DNA of 64,000 nt from the NCBI GenBank assembly GCA_044376115.1, contig JBILLK010000017.1, positions 32,001 to 96,000 on the forward strand. The letters run 5' to 3'. This document shows positions 56,948 through 64,000 of the stretch, in pieces (position 1 is the first letter of the stretch; each line of letters starts with the position of its first letter). The stretch is from Polyangiaceae bacterium. GTDB taxonomy: Bacteria > Myxococcota_A > Polyangia > Polyangiales > Polyangiaceae. A model generated the notes under the pieces. That model was not told the DNA's origin. It worked only from the letters and a program-made list of their open reading frames with translations, and did no database searches. The translations under genes and the position numbers were made by a program.

Positions 56948-59595
56948 GGCATTCCCGTTAACGGCATTGCAGTCAGTTCCTCGAGATGTGCGCGGGCAAG
57001 GAGGCCCAGATTACCCGATCGCTGAGCCAGTCGCTCAAGGTTATCTCGATAGGAAGAGCTCAGGCGTCCGCCGTAACGGTCAATCTTTTCAGCGTCTGGC
57101 ACCTCATCCACGAGGACGATCAGTCCGTCGCGCAGCCTTCCCTTGACGACATTACCCAGCAGCTCTCGTGAGGAGGCGCGCAACTTCGCGTCGGCGCTGT
57201 TCAAGCCACGCTCAACCTGCTCAAAGTCCTCTTTCCGATAGAGCAAGCCCAAGCTCAAGAACATGCGACTCTGGGCGTGGCGCACCTTATCTTTGAGCAG
57301 CTCAATCAGCAGCTTACCAGCCGGCGAGCCCTTGACTCGCTCAGCGGTCTGCTCAGCCTCGAAGAGGACGCGCAACGCTAGATAACTATAGATCCCCTCA
57401 AGCGTTCGCTGAGCTAGCGCGTTCAAGGCTTCACTCTCGACAACGACGTCGCGGCCTTCACTGCGTGCACGTTGCAACAGCTTCAGGCACCGATACCGCA
57501 CGCGACCATCCTCTGCCTCTCGGAGAAAGCGCATCAAGATAGGAACAGAATCAACAGTAGGGAAGGCGGCTATTGCTGTCACCAGCGCAGGCGCGTCGCG
57601 GTTGGCAATGCGCTCTTCCAGCGCACTTGCGAGCTGCTCGAGCGCGCTCGGACCTATTTGAACAAGGCCAGCAAGAGCCACCGCTCCGAGATCACGATGC
57701 GGAACGTATTCAATCAACTCGCGTACGAGCGGGACTCGTCTAGACGGGAGCCGTCTAGCATGGGCGGCAACGGCCCTCAGAAGCTCGGAGCGCAGCTCGG
57801 TACTGCGCGCCTCCTTTAGAGCAACAAGGATAGGTTCAACAAACTCCTCCGCTGGGTCTTCGAGCGAAGCCAAAATGGCAGGCCGCTGGACGGCCTCGTT
57901 CGAGGTTCGCAACATGGCTTGAAACTCCTCGAGCTGACTTGGGCTCCCCCCAACCGCCAATTGAGCCGCAAGCGCGGTTGCGCGGACTTCGGGCCGAGTA
58001 TCCTCGAGGTAGCTCGCAAGCCCGTCGCTCGTCAGACGTCCAAGCGCCCGTACGGCCGCTGCTCTAACTTCCGGGCTACTGTGACTTAGCAACCGCTTGG
58101 CAATCGGCACAATGTCTTTACGCTGTGCCGCCACTAGCGTCTCTATGCCATATAAGACCACTGCTGCTGAGGGGTGGTAAAGGATGAGCGCTGGAATCAG
58201 CTGGGCGCGCTGCTGCGCCACCAATAGGTCCATTGCACCCACGACCTCTTCGTCTCGTGCCGAGTTGAAGGCCGACAGAATCGCCTCCAAGGCGCGTAGG
58301 TCAAGCTCCGGCACCCCTTCAGCGTCAACGAGATCTCCAGCGTTAAGCCGCTTTCGGAACGCGTCTACGTAAAGCCGCCCCAAAGGATACCCTGCTAGCA
58401 ACCAAGCCAACGCGAACACAAAAGCAGCGACCCCCAATAGCTGCGCGCTGGCACCTAGAGCGACGAGCGCCAAGGTCAAGAACGCAGCCAGCATTTGACC
58501 GCCCCGTTGGCTCAGCAGCTCTAGCAGCGGCTTCGCTCCCTTTCTATGGGAGTCGGGCAGAGGTAGGTAAAGCAACTCTGTACTCGTCTTGTAGATCGAG
58601 TGACGAAAGACGCCGTCGGCACCACGCAACAGAACCGCCGCAGCAAAGGCGCCCGTGGCGACCACACCGAGCGAGGAGATCGTCATGAGCACTGGCAGCA
58701 CGACGAGCGCTCGCGGAAGACCAACGACGCGCAGCACGAGACCCGTGAACCCAAGCTGAACCGCAACCGCCAATACATTGTAGACTAGGTAAGCCGTTGC
58801 GAAGGCATTTCCTAACTCTGACGCCGGCACCCTGGCGGCTAAAGTAGTCTTGAAGATAAAGTCGCCAAGACTGAGCGTTATGGTACCCAGCGCAAGGAAT
58901 ATGCCTACCCGCTGAAGATAGGGCTCTCGTAAGAGTTCTGAGTAGGTTGGCGCAGATGAGTTTACTGGAGTGTCCGCCGGATGACTCAAGCTGACGGCCC
59001 GGCGCTCAAGCAACACCGTGGGCAGCAGCCCCAAAGCAAACGCTCCACCCGCAGCAAGCAACAGCTCTCGCGCGCCAAAGAGACTTGCGACAAGCTTGGC
59101 GGCGACTGCCCCCAAGGTCGCCCCTAGAACGGCGCCGGCGCCGATCAAGCCAAACAAGCGCTTCGCTTGGCCAACGTCGAACGTGCTGCCCAAGAGTAAC
59201 CACAACTCCAGTCCAACCACCGCGCCAAACGTGCCTGTCCAAACGAAGAGGGCATAGAGACCAGCCGCGCTCGGGGCGCCCGCGAGGTACCAGAACCCCA
59301 GCGGGGCTAGCGTTGCCACGAGTATTGCTAAGCTAGCTGTGTTGGCCCGCCTCCGGCTCGCGAACAAGCGAGCGATCGCTATCCCAAAAAGCGCAATCGC
59401 AATAGACATCCAAGGCAAAACGGTCGCAGGAAGCTTGGCTAGAAATAGCGCATCCCTGGAGGTTTCTAGGAGTGTATGGCCCGCAGTCGACGAGGAGAGA
59501 GCTCCCATCGCCAGGACCACCGCCGCCCCCTCATTTTTACGGATGTCCCAGGCTACGCGCACCCCGCTGATGATAGGCGCCCGCTGCTGGACCAT
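56944..59595 (-). CDS. Npt1/Npt2 (TLC) family nucleotide transporter fused to HEAT repeats
   Basis: LETSRDALFL, QAKRLFGLIGAG, RHSIYKTSTELLYLPLP, QRGGQ; about 12 TM; HEAT repeats SPEVRAAAVRAL, RPEVRATAL. Confidence 0.85.
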   Translation of the reverse strand: MVQQRAPIISGVRVAWDIRKNEGAAVVLAMGALSSSTAGHTLLETSRDALFLAKLPATVLPWMSIAIALFGIAIARLFASRRRANTASLAILVATLAPLGFWYLAGAPSAAGLYALFVWTGTFGAVVGLELWLLLGSTFDVGQAKRLFGLIGAGAVLGATLGAVAAKLVASLFGARELLLAAGGAFALGLLPTVLLERRAVSLSHPADTPVNSSAPTYSELLREPYLQRVGIFLALGTITLSLGDFIFKTTLAARVPASELGNAFATAYLVYNVLAVAVQLGFTGLVLRVVGLPRALVVLPVLMTISSLGVVATGAFAAAVLLRGADGVFRHSIYKTSTELLYLPLPDSHRKGAKPLLELLSQRGGQMLAAFLTLALVALGASAQLLGVAAFVFALAWLLAGYPLGRLYVDAFRKRLNAGDLVDAEGVPELDLRALEAILSAFNSARDEEVVGAMDLLVAQQRAQLIPALILYHPSAAVVLYGIETLVAAQRKDIVPIAKRLLSHSSPEVRAAAVRALGRLTSDGLASYLEDTRPEVRATALAAQLAVGGSPSQLEEFQAMLRTSNEAVQRPAILASLEDPAEEFVEPILVALKEARSTELRSELLRAVAAHARRLPSRRVPLVRELIEYVPHRDLGAVALAGLVQIGPSALEQLASALEERIANRDAPALVTAIAAFPTVDSVPILMRFLREAEDGRVRYRCLKLLQRARSEGRDVVVESEALNALAQRTLEGIYSYLALRVLFEAEQTAERVKGSPAGKLLIELLKDKVRHAQSRMFLSLGLLYRKEDFEQVERGLNSADAKLRASSRELLGNVVKGRLRDGLIVLVDEVPDAEKIDRYGGRLSSSYRDNLERLAQRSGNLGLLARAHLEELTAMPLTGMP

Positions 59596-59694
59596 GTCGA
59601 GATCTTGACGCGGACTGACAATTTCCCCTCAGCGTTTAGCGGCAAGGCGCCACACGGCCGATTGGGAATGCGCGCAATCGCTGCAATTGCATCG

Positions 59695-59955
59695 ATGGCG
59701 CGGCACTTGCTCCATGAGTTCAATCAGCACTTGAGGGCAAGCCGCATGAGAGACCTCCACGACAACCATTGGGATGAAGCTCCCTACTCACCAGCAAGAG
59801 ACAAGTCCGACTCGGCTTCGAGTGGAGTGCGCACTAGAGTGGCCCCGCTAAACGAGGACGCCGACGCCGATACGACGGGCTGGATTCGGTTTGCGTTCAA
59901 GAAACTCACTCGCTACGCATTCATCGCTCCGCGGCGAGGACACCTTACTCAGTAA
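59695..59955 (+). CDS. Possible small hypothetical protein
   Basis: Open frame filling an otherwise empty gap; no motif. Confidence 0.3.
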   Translation: MARHLLHEFNQHLRASRMRDLHDNHWDEAPYSPARDKSDSASSGVRTRVAPLNEDADADTTGWIRFAFKKLTRYAFIAPRRGHLTQ

Positions 59956-60043
59956 TTGCCAATTAGAACCAGGCTTGCTTGGTCGAGGGTGCTACGCTGG
60001 TCGCAGTCGATATAAACCGCAGCCCGAACCTAAGTGGGGCCCC

Positions 60044-60169
60044 ATGGGCGACAAGTCTCCGAAGGCCAAAGACAAGGCAAAGAAACAAGACACTTCCAAC
60101 AAGGCCCAAAAGCAGGCGGCCGCTGTCGAGAAGGCAAAACCCAAGGATCCCAACCTCAAGAAAAAATAG
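60044..60169 (+). CDS. 41-aa Lys-rich small protein
   Basis: MGDKSPKAKDKAKKQDTSNKAQKQAAAVEKAKPKDPNLKKK; AAG/GCC-rich coding-like composition. Confidence 0.6.
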   Translation: MGDKSPKAKDKAKKQDTSNKAQKQAAAVEKAKPKDPNLKKK

Positions 60170-60327
60170 AGATCGGCGTTCGCCCCGGCTCACCGGGGCG
60201 AACTGCGCGTGGACGCGAGGAAGCTTGCAGCAGGGAAGCGCCGTAAACAGCGCAAGCACGGTCCGGCCAGCGCCAAATTCACGAGTATCGTTCGCCAGGC
60301 GGGTCTGGCCGTAGTAGCAGACGGGGG

Positions 60328-60597
60328 ATGAGCTTCGGGAAGAACCCATACGTCGTGAAGGCACAAACCGCCGAACAGAAGGCGGCGGCTGCGCCGGACG
60401 ACATTGCAAAGGCGCGAGCCTACCGTGATGCCGCCCACCAATGGGAGCGCGCAGCGACGCGCGAGGGCCCCGGCAAGCGCCGCGATGAGTACGAGCAGTT
60501 TGCTGAGAAAAATCGTCGGCTAGCGAATGGTGAGCTGCTTCAAGACGAAGAGGATGAGCTAGCTCAGGCAGCCATCGATCCCAAAACGCTCAATTAG
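60328..60597 (+). CDS. Small helical hypothetical protein
   Basis: 89-aa ORF, protein-like (AYRDAAHQWERAATRE). Confidence 0.65.
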   Translation: MSFGKNPYVVKAQTAEQKAAAAPDDIAKARAYRDAAHQWERAATREGPGKRRDEYEQFAEKNRRLANGELLQDEEDELAQAAIDPKTLN

Positions 60598-60612
60598 CAG
60601 CGACGCACCAAC

Positions 60613-61617
60613 TTAGGGCACGATTAGTCGCACACCGCGCGGGACCACCTCAATTGTTACGTGGTGGTCGGCGGGCCATTCCTCGCCGTCTAGCTGTGCA
60701 GCCAGAGGCGCTCCGGCGGTGGCAGTGTGAAACGTCAGTTCCATCTTCGACGCCCGCAACGGTTTGGAATGTTCGATACCGATCTCGTTGAGCGCCTCCT
60801 CGGTAATCGGGTTTCCTTCAAGATCGACGATGGCTTTCGACGTCCAGTCGAGTTTGCCTCTAAACGGTATCAGCTCGAACATCCCATCATTGTGCTGGCT
60901 CGTGCGGTCGAAGACCCAGGCGCCCGCGTACACACGGGTGTTCTTGACGACCAGATCAGTTATGCCGTTTAGGGTCATGGGGTTGCCGTCAAGCACCAGC
61001 TCAACGGTAAGCCGATCATCGACGACGTAAGACTCAAGGAACGTCTTGAGGAAGGCGCCCGCATAGACTGCGTGATCGCGATAGATCTCCTTCAGCGGGC
61101 CAAGTGTTTCGACGACTTTGCGACTGCGATTGCGCTCAGCCAAGACCCTAGCGGACAGCCCCCAGCCCGCAGAGTCGAAGAACAGATCTACACTCGCGCT
61201 GCCCGATCGACGGTAAACCCCAACGTCCAGCTCCGTCTCGCGACCGGCAACGATGACCTGAAGGTTGCGCTCGAGGGCCTCCGGTGACGCCTCTAACCCA
61301 AAGCTCTTGCCTTGATCATTGGCGGTTCCGGTAGGCAACATGCCTAAGGCAACACGCTTTTGGCCCTCACTTTGATAGAGCCCTGCGGCGACCTCGCGGA
61401 ACGTGCCGTCCCCTCCCATCGCAATGACGACGCGAACAGAGGGGGTGCTGTTCAAGGTGTCCCTCACGCTTTCGATCGTTAGTCCTTGGGGAAGTGTCGG
61501 GAGTAACGTCGCCGCCACGCCTTGACTATGCAACCAGCCGAGCGCTCGCTCGATGCGCTCCTGATTTTTCCCGCTCTGCGCGGTTGGATTCGCCACCAGG
61601 AGATGCGTTGTCATCAA
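60613..61617 (-). CDS. Diacylglycerol/lipid kinase family protein
   Basis: ANPTAQSG, GGDGT, LPTGTAND, LDVG, QLDGE. Confidence 0.92.
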   Translation of the reverse strand: MMTTHLLVANPTAQSGKNQERIERALGWLHSQGVAATLLPTLPQGLTIESVRDTLNSTPSVRVVIAMGGDGTFREVAAGLYQSEGQKRVALGMLPTGTANDQGKSFGLEASPEALERNLQVIVAGRETELDVGVYRRSGSASVDLFFDSAGWGLSARVLAERNRSRKVVETLGPLKEIYRDHAVYAGAFLKTFLESYVVDDRLTVELVLDGNPMTLNGITDLVVKNTRVYAGAWVFDRTSQHNDGMFELIPFRGKLDWTSKAIVDLEGNPITEEALNEIGIEHSKPLRASKMELTFHTATAGAPLAAQLDGEEWPADHHVTIEVVPRGVRLIVP

Positions 61618-61666
61618 GGGATTTTCCTCGTTGCTGACCTTCTGTGCAAGCCGCCTGAGCAGTCAC

Positions 61667-61930
61667 TTACTTCAGCGGCGCAAGATCGCTTTCTTGGATT
61701 GCTGGTTGGCCGAGCTCACTCAGAGCCTCGTTGATCGCGCGCAAAGACACGGTAAGTGGAAGTGGAATGTCTAGGCCCGAGGGGGTGCCTCTCTCATCGT
61801 AGTGCGCCACCATGGGCGGACGGATGGCAATCTGACGCTTGGAGCGCCCGCTCACCTCGAGGGGAAAGTGGAGGAACGCAGCAACGGGTATCCCCTTGCG
61901 GAAAACAATCTCGATTCGAGGCTTGGGCAT
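61667..61930 (-). CDS. DUF2283-like small protein
   Basis: IEIVFRKGIPVAAFLHF..VAHYDERGTPSGLDI resembles DUF2283 (AYLxL..vDyDxxGxxxGIEI). Confidence 0.6.
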   Translation of the reverse strand: MPKPRIEIVFRKGIPVAAFLHFPLEVSGRSKRQIAIRPPMVAHYDERGTPSGLDIPLPLTVSLRAINEALSELGQPAIQESDLAPLK

Positions 61931-61934
61931 GACG

Positions 61935-63965
61935 TCACTTCACCAAGAAATAGCTACGTTCGCCCTTCGACGTCACGTAGATGGCCCCCTGATATTCCCA
62001 GCTAATTTCAGTGACTGGGGCGGCGAGCGACTTCGTTTGGATGACCTTGCCGCTCAAGCTGTCTAGCAGCACGAGTTCTGCCCCCTTCTCCCCTTCAAAG
62101 AGAGCCACGATGAAGTCATCAAAGTAGAGGACGTTGTAGTTGCCAAGCCCTTCGTTCGTCCGCCACAAAACCTCGCCGCTAAGTGGATCGAGAGCCGCCA
62201 GATAAGAGCCATTGTGCTTCATCATTGTTGGGGAGCCCACAATGGCGATCAAGCGCTCTCCAATCCTACCCAGGAACGAGACCGCTTGAGTATCAAGCGC
62301 CGTCGGCGGCTCCCTTTGCAGATAGGCGAGGTCGAGGATTGACTTTACTTCCCCGCCCTCGATGCGGACCAAGTAGCGATTACCGTAGTTGACTAGACTA
62401 TAGTTCTGAAACCCAAATGCCCCATGAACAGGATGGGTACCGTAAGTCAGAGGGAAAAGGTCACTGCGCGCTTCCGGATGAACGCTGATGATGCCGCGCA
62501 TTTGCGGTGGTTGCGATGCTAGGGGGGCCTTGGCCGGCAGCAACTTGAGCTTCTGCGCTGGCGACGCTTGAGCTTCCTGCGTCTTCGGCCCTGCCACAAA
62601 ACCTGCACGGGAGGGCACGACCTCACTCAGATCAATACCTTTCTCCCCTGCCTTGCGAGCCCGCAAAAAGTCGAGGGCCCCCTGCAAAGCACGGCCCGAG
62701 CTCGAGGCCCGAGGCAGCCCCTCGACGGCGCTCGCAAGAGCGACCTCATCACGAACCGCCAGCGACTTAGCGGCATTCTCTAAGTGGCAGCTCGCAACTG
62801 TCGATAGCGGCGGAACGGGCGAGTCACCCAACCGCACTGTGTCCCCATACTCCGGCGCGGGCGCGGGATTTTGCTTCGCCACCCGGAATTGCACGTTACC
62901 GGGCGCCCAGGCATGAAGGATGTCTGCCTCCAAGGTTAGCCAGGTTATTGTCGAAGCCATCGGCTCGTCCGCTACGACTTTGCCACTCGAGAGTGCAACG
63001 ACCTGGAGGCTGGAGCCACGGGGCCCGTTGAAACCAGTAAAGAAGTAGTCTGCAGATACGGCTGGCCCAGCGATATTACCTACAGCCCGCTCAGATACCC
63101 ATTTAACCTTGTTCGTCTTTAGGTCGTAGGCGACTACGACGGCGTCGGCCGGGAGAGTAGTATCTCCCGCGTGGGAGAGCTGCGCGACCAATGTTGAGCC
63201 GACCACGGTCGCAAAAGAGACCTCCGGGAATATGGTCGCTTCGCCCGACGGCTTCGCCGCCTCTGGGAAGGCGGCAATGATCGCAGGCTCAAGTAGCAGC
63301 GAGCGGAAGCCCACTTCGTCGTTGCCTATGGCCAGTAGCGAATCTTGATAACGCGCGACCAAGGCTTGATTCAAATGAAAGGCGATGGAGAAGCCGAACT
63401 CGCCGAGCGCCGTACCAATGGTGGGCGGGGGCTCAAAGGCTGACAACTCGTGCAGCTTTCTCGCGGCGAAGAACGTATGCATGTCGCTCGGGTCCGAGCT
63501 AGCAAGGCGATCCATCTTGAAGCTCTTCTGGCGAGTCGAAGCCGCGGCGGGGGTGGCGGCCGGCAATGACATTGGCCGAAGCCTCGAGGATTGCTGCCCA
63601 GCAAGACGCCGCAACTCTGCGGCATCGCTACGTGCTGCAGAGAGCAGCACTACCGAGACCCGATCTGCGGGGTTTTCGCGCAGCGCCTCCGTGAAGCTTG
63701 CCTCGGCGACGACAGCTGCCCCTTTAGCCAAGGCCGAGATCCCTTCGGCTTGCTTTGCGGTCAATGAGTGGAGCGCGTTGGGAACACATGGAGGAGCTTG
63801 CGGCTCATCGCTCGCAGCGTGCTTGATAGGGTTGGACGATCGGGCCGGCTGCACAACCGGGGGGGGGCCGCCGCAAGCCGACATCAACGAGGCGACCGCA
63901 AGGGAACGCAGCCAGCAGCGCGCTCGCAATGGGGTGGAGTCGAACGGGCGGGGTAGCAACGACAC
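61935..63965 (-). CDS. Lipoprotein with two PQQ-like beta-propeller regions
   Basis: LMSAC lipobox; AYDLKTNKVKW, ALSSGKV, ALDPLSGEVLW, LDSLSGKV. Confidence 0.75.
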   Translation of the reverse strand: MSLLPRPFDSTPLRARCWLRSLAVASLMSACGGPPPVVQPARSSNPIKHAASDEPQAPPCVPNALHSLTAKQAEGISALAKGAAVVAEASFTEALRENPADRVSVVLLSAARSDAAELRRLAGQQSSRLRPMSLPAATPAAASTRQKSFKMDRLASSDPSDMHTFFAARKLHELSAFEPPPTIGTALGEFGFSIAFHLNQALVARYQDSLLAIGNDEVGFRSLLLEPAIIAAFPEAAKPSGEATIFPEVSFATVVGSTLVAQLSHAGDTTLPADAVVVAYDLKTNKVKWVSERAVGNIAGPAVSADYFFTGFNGPRGSSLQVVALSSGKVVADEPMASTITWLTLEADILHAWAPGNVQFRVAKQNPAPAPEYGDTVRLGDSPVPPLSTVASCHLENAAKSLAVRDEVALASAVEGLPRASSSGRALQGALDFLRARKAGEKGIDLSEVVPSRAGFVAGPKTQEAQASPAQKLKLLPAKAPLASQPPQMRGIISVHPEARSDLFPLTYGTHPVHGAFGFQNYSLVNYGNRYLVRIEGGEVKSILDLAYLQREPPTALDTQAVSFLGRIGERLIAIVGSPTMMKHNGSYLAALDPLSGEVLWRTNEGLGNYNVLYFDDFIVALFEGEKGAELVLLDSLSGKVIQTKSLAAPVTEISWEYQGAIYVTSKGERSYFLVK

Positions 63966-64000
63966 GGCAAGTCCTTGTAGAGGGTGGGGCTGCTGACTTT

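Noticed and set aside
59600..60330. Possible ncRNA, tRNA or riboswitch in sparse intergenic regions (also 38045-38235)
   Set aside because: No cloverleaf or recognisable conserved motif by eye; an Infernal/Rfam scan would be needed.

Overview
GC-rich, densely coding bacterial DNA. The content points to a myxobacterium (Myxococcota, probably Polyangia/Sorangiineae-like): Gly-rich-linker lipoproteins, MYXO-CTERM-like tails, Ser/Thr kinases, a fibro-slime protein and a stand-alone EF-G of the spirochete/planctomycete/delta type. About 58 CDS are supported, among them fusA, pdxJ, nnr, corA, a DnaJ/CbpA, an HtrA, a two-component pair, an ECF sigma factor and a TetR with a clear double operator. 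I found no rRNA, tRNA, CRISPR array or transposase. The best candidate for an undescribed system is a tightly coupled minus-strand operon (33161->25754) of an atypical Hsp70/actin-fold ATPase, a dynamin-like GTPase and a long coiled-coil protein, preceded by a co-oriented PP2C phosphatase. Other highlights are a split prolyl-carrier/pyrrole-type cassette with no PKS/NRPS in the window, a PqqD/RRE-like domain fused to a YkgJ/FliB-like Cys-cluster domain, a double-Tudor lipoprotein, an NTT-HEAT plus cNMP-binding pair, and an ECF sigma factor ending in an ssrA-like LAA. All family calls come from motif recognition by eye; no database searches were run, and some start codons are best guesses.
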